32,014 nucleotides of DNA from an uncultured bacterium. GTDB lineage: Bacteria > Cyanobacteriota > Cyanobacteriia > Cyanobacteriales > Coleofasciculaceae. The notes beneath the pieces were generated by a model. It was not told the DNA's origin. It was given only the letters and a program-made list of their open reading frames with translations, and did not search any database. This document shows, in pieces, positions 1 to 8,970 of the stretch. The stretch's first letter is position 1, and the number at the start of each line of letters is the position of its first letter. The position numbers and the translations under genes were made by a program. The DNA lies in assembly GCA_965364435.1 (NCBI GenBank), contig CBDTXL010000018.1:1-32014 (forward strand), given 5' to 3'.

Positions 1-36
1 GGGGCTAAAAAGCTTGTGTCATCAAGCCTTCAGCTT

Positions 37-64
37 GCTTGTCACCCCATCAGGGACGACCCTC
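37..64 (+). repeat. Upstream copy of the ~30-bp imperfect direct repeat; the partner lies at 11645..11675
   Basis: See the partner entry. It overlaps the putative TTG start of the E2 gene, which argues for the later ATG (93) as the true start. Confidence 0.5.
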
Positions 65-794
65 TAGCCAACTTTACTCAACTGGTCAATCTATGGAAGC
101 TCTCACTGGTCAAACCATTGCCGAAATCCTTAGCACTGCCCCTCGCCCGTTAATGGAGATTAAAGGAGAGCTGCTATTTCTTCCCGGTCAACTGCTGTTG
201 CACTGGGTTGAAAAAGGTGTTCATCACTACAAGCTTGTGTCATCCAACAGCGTCAAAGCCGCCTTTAGCCATGAACCCATCGACAGCGGTTGGCTCAGTA
301 ACGGCATTGTGCGTTGGGGTATCGGGAAGTCAGGTAACTGGGTCGTGAAATTTGTTCCACCAGGTCTGCATACCCTCTCCTTTGAAGACTCAGGCTCTCT
401 TTCAATTCCACTTCCTGGGTTAGTTTTCTTGGGATACGGCTTCCAATATTACATCTTTTGCGTCGCTGAATCTTCCTTTAACCCGGAAGCTGAAGTATTT
501 ACTGCACCCCTGCCGAATGTGTACCCAGACGGGCGAATCTGCTTCGGCTCAACTGTGCCACCTGCCTGCACCCCTAAAGAAATCGATAGTGCCTGGAAGA
601 TGTTTATCACCTCTAATTTCAACTCTCACTTAGGGTCGGGAAAGTCGAAGGCATATCCCAACGACATTAGGAAAAAGCTTTCACAAATCGCACAAAGGAA
701 GCTTAAACACTACCCCATCAAAGACCTGAACCTTTACAGAAGTAGCGTCGAGCAGGTCATCGAGCCAATTATTTATCCGAGGTATAGCTGGTAA
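39..794 (+). CDS. UBC-like E2 ubiquitin-conjugating-enzyme-fold protein (bacterial E2). The start is uncertain: TTG at 39, GTG at 15 or ATG at 93.
   Basis: The motif LPNVYPDGRICFG matches the eukaryotic E2 active site HPN-x(4)-G-x-IC (catalytic Cys in GRICFG). The stop overlaps the next start (TAATG at 792-796), so it is the first gene of a translationally coupled four-gene block. Confidence 0.6.
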   Translation: MSPHQGRPSSQLYSTGQSMEALTGQTIAEILSTAPRPLMEIKGELLFLPGQLLLHWVEKGVHHYKLVSSNSVKAAFSHEPIDSGWLSNGIVRWGIGKSGNWVVKFVPPGLHTLSFEDSGSLSIPLPGLVFLGYGFQYYIFCVAESSFNPEAEVFTAPLPNVYPDGRICFGSTVPPACTPKEIDSAWKMFITSNFNSHLGSGKSKAYPNDIRKKLSQIAQRKLKHYPIKDLNLYRSSVEQVIEPIIYPRYSW

Positions 795-1363
795 TGAAAC
801 CTGGTATCGCCTACAGAATCGCCAGTCTTGAACTCCCACTTCCAACGCATTCCTACGAGTTTGTCCTTGCCGGGAACGGAGTTTTCATTCGTGCCGCCAA
901 ACCGGGTCTTTCCGTTCAATTTCCCTTAGCTCACTGCCCTGTCCGAGGACTACCGCCGATGAAGCCTTACTTCAATATGGAAGCTCCTCGCGTTCCACGC
1001 CCACTGGTTGAGGAACTCATTAGCGCGGCAATGGCACAAACGGCAGAAATCCTTTTCTACCTGAATTGGGAACAAGACCATTGGCAATTGTCTATTCCTG
1101 GTCAAGCTCAAGATGTGGCGAGCGTCACACCGAATGAAATAGCCGGGGAGCAATACAGACACGCACTCATTGAGTGTCACTCCCACGGCAGCATGAAGGC
1201 ATTCTTCTCCCAGCAGGATAACCAGGACGAACAAGGCTTTAGGCTTTATGCCGTATTGGGCAATCTTTTGGAGCAGCCGACACTCAGAACTCGTGTGGGG
1301 GTGTTTGGCTATTTCTGGGAGATTCCTTCAACATCTGTATTTGAACTGGAGAGCGGGAGTTAA
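794..1363 (+). CDS. JAB/JAMM (MPN+) metallopeptidase, deubiquitinase-like
   Basis: HSHGSMKAFFSQQD fits the JAMM motif H-x-H-x7-S-x2-D. It lies between the E2 and E1 genes with a 1-nt overlap upstream and a 3-nt gap downstream. Confidence 0.65.
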   Translation: MKPGIAYRIASLELPLPTHSYEFVLAGNGVFIRAAKPGLSVQFPLAHCPVRGLPPMKPYFNMEAPRVPRPLVEELISAAMAQTAEILFYLNWEQDHWQLSIPGQAQDVASVTPNEIAGEQYRHALIECHSHGSMKAFFSQQDNQDEQGFRLYAVLGNLLEQPTLRTRVGVFGYFWEIPSTSVFELESGS

Positions 1364-1366
1364 CCG

Positions 1367-2245
1367 ATGAGCGTACAAATTTCCTATGATCGGATTAACG
1401 CTGTTCCTGTAATTCTGGCTACCCACAAGCATCTGCATCTGTATTTGGTTGGGTGCGGTGGAACAGGAGCGTGGCTATCCCAAACTCTAATCAGACTAAC
1501 AAAAATTCTCACGACTCAGGGACGTTCTGTTTCCCTGACTCTAATTGATCACGACCTCGTTGAGAAGGCTAATATTCCCCGCCAAAACTTTATCCAGGCT
1601 GATTTGGGCTTAAATAAAGCTCAAGTCTTAGCGTTACGCTACGGTATGGCTTACGGAGTAGATGTGATGGCAATTCCCGATCGCTTTAACCCTGAGATGG
1701 TAAGGATTGATTACAATACTCTCTCGGTGGTCATTGGTTGCGTGGACAATAGTGCGGCAAGAATTGCGATCGCTAAAACCCTCGAAGAGAATCATACCAA
1801 TGCCGCACCAAGAGTATGGTGGTTAGATGGGGGTAACACCCGCACTCAGGGTCAAGTCTTACTTGGCTCCTGGTCAGAACCCGAACAAAATCCAGCGCTA
1901 TTTGCCCACATCCCACAGGTTGATGACACCAACAACTTTACGAAACCCGTTGGCTGCGTTCACCTCCCCAGTCCCTCAATCCAGCATCCAGAATTACTCG
2001 AACCACTGCCGGAGGAATCAGAAAACCACAATTTATCTTGTGAGGAACTGGCAAGAGCAAATGCCCAGTCACTTCTGATTAACCAGCGGGTTGCCGTGGA
2101 ACTAGGAGAGTATCTTGTTGAGCTGCTGCTAGTCAAGAACTTGCGTCGATTTGCGACTTACTTTGATATCGAGACGGGTTCAAGTCGTTCTCGTTTCACC
2201 AGCGCTGAAACCCTTAAAACATTTATTGACGCAACTGTTTCATGA
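1367..2245 (+). CDS. ThiF/MoeB-like E1 (ubiquitin-activating-enzyme-like adenylyltransferase)
   Basis: LVGCGGTGAW is a Rossmann GxGxxG nucleotide-binding loop. DHDLVEKANIPRQ is the E1/ThiF signature (D-x-D-x-V-E-x-S-N-L-N-R-Q type). It overlaps the next ORF by ATGA. Confidence 0.8.
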   Translation: MSVQISYDRINAVPVILATHKHLHLYLVGCGGTGAWLSQTLIRLTKILTTQGRSVSLTLIDHDLVEKANIPRQNFIQADLGLNKAQVLALRYGMAYGVDVMAIPDRFNPEMVRIDYNTLSVVIGCVDNSAARIAIAKTLEENHTNAAPRVWWLDGGNTRTQGQVLLGSWSEPEQNPALFAHIPQVDDTNNFTKPVGCVHLPSPSIQHPELLEPLPEESENHNLSCEELARANAQSLLINQRVAVELGEYLVELLLVKNLRRFATYFDIETGSSRSRFTSAETLKTFIDATVS

Positions 2246-2805
2246 CTAAAAAACCGACAAAAAAGAAAAATAAGAGTCGGTTATCCGACTTCTTAGCCCG
2301 TCAACTTTCATGGCATTACTATAAAGACAATCAGCTACCGATTAACTGGAACATCACGATTACTGACGTTACTCGATGGCGTAATGAGATGGCATCTCGT
2401 TTCCCCGACTTCAAATTCGTGACTAAGTTTCGTGAACTCTTAGACGAGAATCATCAACCCGTCCTGGGAACACAGGAAATGGCTTTCTGGTTTGAATCTT
2501 CACTGACCGACGCTCTTGCTAATGAATGTGAAAATCCAGAGGAACACTACGTTGATGATTTTTACAGGTTGCTCAATCCTAGAGAATGGACTAGCGAGGA
2601 AGAAGCTTTATCCTGGTTCCCGATTGAAGCTTTCATCAACGAAAAAGTTGTCCCCGACTCACAAGAACGTGACCGAACCGAAGAATGGGGCGGTCCACCT
2701 GATGTCATTTGGCATGAAGGGGATGACTATAAGTGGGGAGAAAAGAGTCCCATTTTAGAATTTATTGAGACCTGTCCCAACCAGGATATCGCTCTAAATA
2801 GCTAA
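2242..2805 (+). CDS. Hypothetical acidic protein, fourth gene of the E2-JAB-E1 operon. It may be a 6E-like accessory. It does not look like a beta-grasp Ubl and has no C-terminal Gly.
   Basis: ATGA overlap with the E1 stop. Rich in conserved-looking Glu/Asp and Trp. No recognisable catalytic motif. Confidence 0.45.
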   Translation: MTKKPTKKKNKSRLSDFLARQLSWHYYKDNQLPINWNITITDVTRWRNEMASRFPDFKFVTKFRELLDENHQPVLGTQEMAFWFESSLTDALANECENPEEHYVDDFYRLLNPREWTSEEEALSWFPIEAFINEKVVPDSQERDRTEEWGGPPDVIWHEGDDYKWGEKSPILEFIETCPNQDIALNS

Positions 2806-2961
2806 GGTTTATCTGTTGGATAAACTGGAGATTTGCTGTACCTAAGTCGGGGTTGATTTACTTTCTTAATCGGCTTGAGTTAAATTCCTTTTCAAGAAGC
2901 CTCTCTACTGACTCGCGGGAGGCTTCTTATTTGGACAGCTAGCGCCGCTTCTTTTAGTTGA

Positions 2962-4305
2962 ATGTTCATCCAGTTCTCACTACCGATGTTAACACTCAAC
3001 TCCCAGCAAGATACCGCTTTAACCACGCTCCACAGATTTTGCTCCTCAAGTGAACGGCAAGCCCTTGTCAAAGGAGGTGCAGGCACTGGTAAATCTACCT
3101 GTATCCAGCAATTTGTTCAGGAATTTATTGCTAAATATCCTGACAAAAAGGTAGCCATGAGTGCGCCGACCAATAAGGCGACTAAGGTACTCAAGAAACT
3201 CGCTTCCCCCTGGATTCCTCTCGACATTGCCACTATCCACCAGTTCCTCGGCTTTCGTTTAGTTGTAGACCCCCACGGCTATGAAGTGTTGGGAAAAGCC
3301 GCAGGTAAGAGTACACTTGCCAATTACGATGTAGCGATTGTTGATGAAGCCTCAGTTATTAACACCAAGCTGAAGCAGGAAATCGACAAAACCTTACTCC
3401 CTAACTCTAAAACCCAGCTAATTTTCATGGGAGACCCTTACCAGCTCCCGCCAGTTGGGGAATTCATTTCTCCTGTGTTTCATTCGGTTAAGAGAGAGAA
3501 TACTGTTGAGTTAACTTCCGTAGTGCGACAGGCTGATGGGAATCCCCTGAGATTGCTGGTAGACGCCGCTCAAAATGCGGTTGAGAAAAATCTTCATTAC
3601 TTTTATCCACCAGACTTGCTTAATCAGATTGGACACAAACAAGACAATAGTGAGGGAGTTTGGTGGTTGCCTCAAGATACCTGGTTTGAACAGCTCGTCC
3701 GTGCGTTCACCTCTCTTAATTACCTCTGTGACGCGGATTCAGCCCGAATTATTACTTGGACAAATGAACGGGCTTATGAACTCAACCATGAGATTCGGTG
3801 CAGGATTTATGGTGAAGTCGCCGCTGACTTTCCTTACCTTGAAGGTGAACGACTAATTGCTGACGATTGTGTAACAATAAACGGGCGTACACTGATGACG
3901 ACTGCCACTGAATGCCAGGTACAACAGGTTTCAAGCATCATCGTTGGTTGGAGAAACTTTGAGTACAAGGCGTGGCAACTCCGGGTTAAGGATGACGAGG
4001 AGAATCCGTGGCTATTAACCAGAATTCATAATTCTGATATACATCGCTTTGAAAAGAACAGCGAGACACAGAGGCAAAAAGCTATCTCTACCCAAAAATG
4101 GAGTGACTTCTATGCTCACAAAGAACTCAACGCTCCCTTGAGTTATGCTTACTGCCTGACTACTTACAAAGCCCAAGGCAGCACTTTCAAAAATGGCTTT
4201 CTCGATCTAAAAGATATCATGCGAAATCGAGGAACACTGAACCGAAATCGGCACATCTACACGGGCTGCTCTCGTGCTAGTGAACGGCTCTTGGTGGGAG
4301 TCTGA
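2962..4305 (+). CDS. RecD/Pif1-like SF1 DNA helicase (AAA_30 + UvrD_C_2 type)
   Basis: Walker A GGAGTGKST and Walker B IVDEASV. ATIHQFLG is a Pif1/RecD-type motif. C-terminal YCLTTYKAQGSTF matches the T-x-H-K-S-Q-G-S-E/F motif of the RecD/TraA helicase C-terminal domain. Confidence 0.75.
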   Translation: MFIQFSLPMLTLNSQQDTALTTLHRFCSSSERQALVKGGAGTGKSTCIQQFVQEFIAKYPDKKVAMSAPTNKATKVLKKLASPWIPLDIATIHQFLGFRLVVDPHGYEVLGKAAGKSTLANYDVAIVDEASVINTKLKQEIDKTLLPNSKTQLIFMGDPYQLPPVGEFISPVFHSVKRENTVELTSVVRQADGNPLRLLVDAAQNAVEKNLHYFYPPDLLNQIGHKQDNSEGVWWLPQDTWFEQLVRAFTSLNYLCDADSARIITWTNERAYELNHEIRCRIYGEVAADFPYLEGERLIADDCVTINGRTLMTTATECQVQQVSSIIVGWRNFEYKAWQLRVKDDEENPWLLTRIHNSDIHRFEKNSETQRQKAISTQKWSDFYAHKELNAPLSYAYCLTTYKAQGSTFKNGFLDLKDIMRNRGTLNRNRHIYTGCSRASERLLVGV

Positions 4306-4396
4306 CCAAAAGAGGCTCTCGGAGAAGGGGACAGGGTGCTATCGGGATGCAAGTATCCTTGCACCCTGCCTCCTCAGGGACAGAAATTGGCACTTT

Positions 4397-4431
4397 CACG
4401 GCTTTCGAGGGTGAGCCGTGAATTGTTTTTT
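4397..4431 (+). terminator. Candidate rho-independent terminator after the helicase gene
   Basis: The 7-bp stem CACGGCT/AGCCGTG (4397-4403 with 4414-4420) has a 10-nt loop and is followed by AATTGTTTTTT. Confidence 0.4.
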
Positions 4432-4521
4432 AAGCAGGGAAGTCGCGGCTTTCTATTCTCTTACAACTAAAAGACATGACCGCTAGCGCGGAGTTGGATA
4501 GCGAGGTTTCATTCACTCGCT

Positions 4522-5649
4522 ATGACACACAACTTGAGTTTAGCTACCCAATCCGAGCCTTGCTCCTCTAACCGTGAACTCCAATCTCTTCTTGAGCACG
4601 CTGCCATCAAGCAGCATAACTTGAGCCGCCTTAACAAAACTCAAATTCGCTTCAGAATCGGTCTCAAAAAAGCCTCAAAGAGTGCGGCTCCCAAATGGTC
4701 TTCCGTCCTAGCTTCATCTTCAGTAAACGAAACTGATACCGATTCGGTGCGACTTTCAGACCTGGAAAAGATTACAACTAGTGAGGTTGGTCTCAAAGGA
4801 ATCAGCGTCTTCAAAGCTCTCGACGAAGCCGCTGCCGAACTCCGGCAGGACATTGCTGACATTCAAGGTTGGATGACTTCGGACAATGGCGAATGGGTTT
4901 GCTCAATTGACTTAGTGCCACTGGTCTGGAGTCGGATGACCTACATTCGGGATGTTAAAGCCGCTCAATTGCGTGCCAGTCTTCGGGAAGCGCACGCGGC
5001 GGGTCTTATAGAATATGCCAATCGCTTGGACAACTTCTTCTCCTGCCAAGCTTGGAGCTTGACACCGGCTGAGATTGAGGAAGTCAAACAGGTCATGCTC
5101 CAACGCTTTCCCGATGAGGCTGAGTTAGACGAGTACTTGCAAGTTGTAATGACCCGTCCCACGATTGTGCCAGCCTTGCATGAACAACTGTCCCAGCAAC
5201 AGGCGGAGTGTCTGCAACAAATCACCCGCTTCATTGCCGAATACGATCGCAATTTAGAGCAGCGCCTCTATGAAGCTGCCATCGTGGGCGGTGAGCAGCT
5301 AGCCGCAGAACTTTTGGAAGACTTGGCTTCTTGGGAACCGGGTCGTAAACCGATAGTCTTCCGCAAGAAAGTCGAAAAGCACCTCAAGAAAATCCAGGTG
5401 CTGCTGAGTCAGGCGACTCCGGAAGCCGGTTCAAGCCTCGTGCAGATGATGGAACATATTGAGGGCGTTCTGAGTACAGCCGATGTTGAAGCGAAACGAC
5501 TATCAACAGGACAGCGCTCGCAACTCCAAGAACGGATGGATACCCTTTCACAAAAGCTCTTGGGTGAGCAACGCAAGCTTCAAGAACTGGCGAGTTCCGA
5601 AGGCATTGGTTTAGCTCGTGCCACCGTAATGTCTTTGAAACTAAGCTAG
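4522..5649 (+). CDS. Hypothetical protein, largely alpha-helical/coiled-coil
   Basis: Long ORF on the same strand as its neighbours. No recognisable motif. The start is uncertain. Confidence 0.4.
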   Translation: MTHNLSLATQSEPCSSNRELQSLLEHAAIKQHNLSRLNKTQIRFRIGLKKASKSAAPKWSSVLASSSVNETDTDSVRLSDLEKITTSEVGLKGISVFKALDEAAAELRQDIADIQGWMTSDNGEWVCSIDLVPLVWSRMTYIRDVKAAQLRASLREAHAAGLIEYANRLDNFFSCQAWSLTPAEIEEVKQVMLQRFPDEAELDEYLQVVMTRPTIVPALHEQLSQQQAECLQQITRFIAEYDRNLEQRLYEAAIVGGEQLAAELLEDLASWEPGRKPIVFRKKVEKHLKKIQVLLSQATPEAGSSLVQMMEHIEGVLSTADVEAKRLSTGQRSQLQERMDTLSQKLLGEQRKLQELASSEGIGLARATVMSLKLS

Positions 5650-5750
5650 CGCTCCTATGGAGTTGGCAATGCGTTCTTTAGAGTACAGCCTTATGACGCG
5701 CATTGCCATACCTCTTCATTTGTCTTCACAACATCACCAGCGCTTTCATC

Positions 5751-6197
5751 ATGTCTCACTTTAGCCAGATCAAAACGCAGTTCAAAAACCGTGAGTGCTT
5801 AGTAAACGCTCTCATCCAGTTTAAGCTCTCGCCACAAGTCCATGAAGTTGCTCAGGCACTCTCCGGATACTACGGCTCTCAAGACTATTACACTGCCGAA
5901 ATCATTGTCCTCGGACGAACCATTCAGGCACGGGCTGATATCGGCTTCAAGTGGACGGAAGGCACTGGCAGCTACGAGGTTATTCACGATGCCTACGAAA
6001 CCGTCCCGCGCTTGGGGGGCGACTTCTTTAACAACAAGCTCCTGAGAGCTTACGGGGATTTAGTTGTGCGTGCCAAAGCAGCCGAACTACAAGAGCGGTT
6101 GGGTGAATGCACGATTACTGAATCTCACAAGGGTACTCAGCACACCCTACGACTGGCGTTTGCTGGTCATCAACACGTTCAGCAGACTCGGAGATAG
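5751..6197 (+). CDS. DUF1257 (Ycf35-like) protein. The start is taken at MSHFSQ rather than the ORF-track ATG at 5703.
   Basis: N-terminal MSHFSQIKTQFKN..L..AL is the hallmark start of the Ycf35/DUF1257 family. DIGFKW..GSYEV..D fits the family core. Confidence 0.7.
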   Translation: MSHFSQIKTQFKNRECLVNALIQFKLSPQVHEVAQALSGYYGSQDYYTAEIIVLGRTIQARADIGFKWTEGTGSYEVIHDAYETVPRLGGDFFNNKLLRAYGDLVVRAKAAELQERLGECTITESHKGTQHTLRLAFAGHQHVQQTRR

Positions 6198-6202
6198 CAA
6201 TC

Positions 6203-6421
6203 ATGCAAGAACGAGCCATTCTCATCCACTTTAATGAAACCACAGGCGAAGTCAAGATTGAAGCCGAGGGCTTTGAGGGACTCTCCTGCTTGGAAGCCAC
6301 GCAACCTTTTGAAGAGGCGTTGGGTGTCGTGAAGGAAAGCGATCGCACTTACAAACCGGAAGCACAAATCCAGCACACTCTCCGTAAAACTAACACCCAG
6401 TCTACCAGGCTGCGCCAGTAA
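6203..6421 (+). CDS. DUF2997 small protein
   Basis: The GFEGLSCLEATQPFEEALG motif (G-F-x-G-x-S-C...T...E-x-A-L-G) sits in a 72-aa protein, 5 nt after the DUF1257 stop. Confidence 0.6.
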   Translation: MQERAILIHFNETTGEVKIEAEGFEGLSCLEATQPFEEALGVVKESDRTYKPEAQIQHTLRKTNTQSTRLRQ

Positions 6422-6489
6422 CATTCCACTCGCGCCACATCACACTCCAAATACTTGCTCTGGGTGACAAACCCAGAGCCACTTTCCTT

Positions 6490-8112
6490 ATGCAGTTAGC
6501 CGACCTAATCACCACAATTAGCTCTCAAATTCCGGTTGTTGCAGTCGATGTCCTCTCTCCAGAAGAAGGCACAATTATTCAATGGATAACGCAGCAGGTT
6601 ACGAGCGAGCTGGAACTCCCAGTATATTTCTGGAATTTGGGGGTATCCACTCTTGAGCAAGCACTGATTGCTTCAGACGGTGGCTTGACCTTCAAGCTCA
6701 TTGACACCTACAAGAAGCCGCCACCCACTGACCCCTTACTGTTCGTCTTCGAGTACATCCAAAGTACCAGCAGCGATGGTGTCTTCATCTTAGGAGATGT
6801 CCACCCATTCATCGGTAAAGACTCACCTACTTTATCGTGGGAGGTTCTGACTCGCGTGAAGAACCTTTACCATCGACTCAAACCTACAGACAAGCGGATA
6901 ATTCTCTTGGGGCAAGGCATCCAATTGCACGAGTCTCTAATCCGACTAATTCCTTGCGCTGAAGTACCGCTGCCTTGTGTCGAACAAGTCCTAGACCATC
7001 TTTCCTCTTATCTTCCTTATTTGGAAGAATCGGCTACAGCACAGGACGTTAACTTTAAGGTGTCTCTCACTCCAGAAGAATGGGAGAACCTTGCACGAGC
7101 TGCATTGGGACTAACTTTGGAGGAGATATCCGACTTCTTGCGGCTTTCTATTCGGAAGCGTCTTACACCATCAGGAATTGTCATCGATGCGGCAAGCATT
7201 GCTGCCGTCGCTGAGTACAAAACTCGGCTACTCTCACAGATGGGCATTGAGCTAGGGAAACCAGCGAACATTCCTTTCGGTGGTTTGGATTTGTTCCGTG
7301 AGTGGCTCATGCGCCGCCGCCGGTTGTTCACCGAACAAGCACGTCAGTACAACTTGCCCAAACCCAAGGGTGTCTTACTTGCGGGTCCGCCAGGGGTTGG
7401 GAAAAGTCTAATTGCCAAGAACATTGCTAGTATCCTTAACCTGCCCTTGCTGAAACTGGACATCGCTGGGATGCTTGGCTCCCTCGTCGGACAGTCTGAG
7501 GGTAATGTCAAACGCGCTCTTAAGACAGCCGAGGCTATTCAACCCTGTGCGCTGTGGATAGATGAAGTGGACAAAGCCCTTTCTGGAAGTGGTGACACAT
7601 CAGGGGTTTCCCAGCGCATCTTGGGGACAATCCTTAGCTTCATGCAAGAGAGCGAAGGTGGGGTTTTCGTTATAGCAACTTGTAACGATGTCACCGCCCT
7701 GCCTTCTGAGTTTAAGCGCAAGGGCAGGTTTGACGAAAATTTCTTCGTTGACCTGCCCACAGCGAGTGAACGGGGTGTGATTCTCAAAATCCATCTGCAA
7801 CGCTTTGGTTGCTCTGTGCCAGACGAATATCTGGAGGCAATTGCCGCTGCTACTGAGAAGTTTTCTGGCTCGGAACTGGAAAACCTCGCCTCTGAAGCCG
7901 CGACTTTAGCCTTCGATAACGGACACCCGCAACAAATTACTCTCACTGAGCTGGAAGCAAGTCGTGCTGCCATTACCCCATTAGCAATCCAGGATGCAGC
8001 AGCGGTTGAGCGGATGCAGGAATGGGCACGCACCGCTCGTCCGGCATCCAGTCCGGCTCTTGATACCAGTAGTAGTCAATCTCTACGAACTCCAAAACTG
8101 CGGAAGCTCTAG
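6490..8112 (+). CDS. AAA+ ATPase, Ycf46-like (N-terminal domain plus C-terminal classical AAA module)
   Basis: Walker A LLAGPPGVGKSL and Walker B LWIDEVDKAL. RKGRFDENFFVDLPTASER resembles the Ycf46/AAA second region of homology. Third member of the DUF1257-DUF2997-AAA trio. Confidence 0.75.
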   Translation: MQLADLITTISSQIPVVAVDVLSPEEGTIIQWITQQVTSELELPVYFWNLGVSTLEQALIASDGGLTFKLIDTYKKPPPTDPLLFVFEYIQSTSSDGVFILGDVHPFIGKDSPTLSWEVLTRVKNLYHRLKPTDKRIILLGQGIQLHESLIRLIPCAEVPLPCVEQVLDHLSSYLPYLEESATAQDVNFKVSLTPEEWENLARAALGLTLEEISDFLRLSIRKRLTPSGIVIDAASIAAVAEYKTRLLSQMGIELGKPANIPFGGLDLFREWLMRRRRLFTEQARQYNLPKPKGVLLAGPPGVGKSLIAKNIASILNLPLLKLDIAGMLGSLVGQSEGNVKRALKTAEAIQPCALWIDEVDKALSGSGDTSGVSQRILGTILSFMQESEGGVFVIATCNDVTALPSEFKRKGRFDENFFVDLPTASERGVILKIHLQRFGCSVPDEYLEAIAAATEKFSGSELENLASEAATLAFDNGHPQQITLTELEASRAAITPLAIQDAAAVERMQEWARTARPASSPALDTSSSQSLRTPKLRKL

Positions 8113-8201
8113 CTGAGTCTTTCAAACCATCTTTTACCCCTAGTCTGACTTTCTAACCAACTAGATAACCAGATTGGGGATGCATCGAATGGTGGATAAT
8201 C

Positions 8202-8777
8202 ATGACTAATGAACAAAATTACCATCAAATCTACTTAGTCTTTACCAACGCAGACGCTAATAGCAACAAGTTCTGGCAAGCCGTCGCGCACCGAACGGGC
8301 TCCTTAGTTACATCCTGGGGGCGTGTAGGATACAAAGGTCAGACAAAATCTTATCAGTGCGGTTCTTATCAAGCGGCAGTTGCCAAGCTCAACCAACTCG
8401 CCTTAGCCAAGAAACTCAAAGGTTACATAGAGACGGTTGCCCAAATAGAATCGCAAGAACAATCGCTTATCAAGCGGGCAATTCAGCTCCTAGAACTCAT
8501 CCATCCTCACGTAGAGCAGCGGGATTTCAGCAACCGGAATTACCTGGATGCTCTCAATGAGTACCTCACGATAATTCCAACACCTCTGGGCATGAAAATT
8601 GACCCAGCCACCATCTTTTCTCTAGCTGAAGTGAATCGGCAACGAGAGAGTCTTAAACGACTATTAAAGCGAGTGCCGGATACACCTGAAACCCAATCCT
8701 CTTCCTCAAGTTGCCAATCCATTTCCCTCAAATCCATCTCAGCAAGCTTTTGGAAAGCGGCTCGCACAAAGAAGTAG
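8202..8777 (+). CDS. Standalone WGR-domain protein
   Basis: KFWQAVAHRTGSLVTSWGRVGYKGQ carries the eponymous W...G.R core of WGR domains (as in PARP1 and MolR). The rest is helical with a Ser-rich tail. Confidence 0.6.
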   Translation: MTNEQNYHQIYLVFTNADANSNKFWQAVAHRTGSLVTSWGRVGYKGQTKSYQCGSYQAAVAKLNQLALAKKLKGYIETVAQIESQEQSLIKRAIQLLELIHPHVEQRDFSNRNYLDALNEYLTIIPTPLGMKIDPATIFSLAEVNRQRESLKRLLKRVPDTPETQSSSSSCQSISLKSISASFWKAARTKK

Positions 8778-8918
8778 CTTTCAGCTTAAAGCGAATGGTG
8801 TCCTAAACATAGGACGGCTGGAAGCTGTTCTCTGTTTATAACTCTACATTCCTCACTACACCGCTCTTAACCGACTTCCCTTTCAAAGAAGCGATTGCTC
8901 CCGGAGCCAATAAGTTTT

Positions 8919-8954
8919 CAGCCCCCTAACTGAAAGGTTGCGGGGCTTTCATTC
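8919..8954 (+). terminator. Possible hairpin terminator downstream of the WGR gene
   Basis: CAGCCCCC...GCGGGGCT stem followed by TTCATTC. The T-tract is weak. Confidence 0.25.
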
Positions 8955-8970
8955 AATCTTCTAAGGGAAC

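Noticed and set aside
10-244. 14-mer AAGCTTGTGTCATC present at 10-23 and 231-244
   Set aside because: An exact 14-mer pair is about what chance predicts in 32 kb. One copy is inside the E2 coding frame.
950-1234. 94-aa minus-strand ORF inside the JAB gene
   Set aside because: It is entirely antisense to a gene with a clear JAMM motif and has no motif of its own. Typical shadow ORF.
4328-4382. GC-rich imperfect hairpin CAGGGTGC...GCACCCTG with nested TGCAAG/CTTGCA
   Set aside because: The competing stems and a 21-nt loop, with no T-tract, make function unclear. The downstream hairpin at 4397-4431 is a better terminator candidate.
7017-8033. Minus-strand ORFs of 104 and 164 aa inside the AAA+ ATPase gene
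   Set aside because: Antisense to a well-supported AAA CDS. The Ser/Arg-rich composition is typical of GC-skewed shadow frames.
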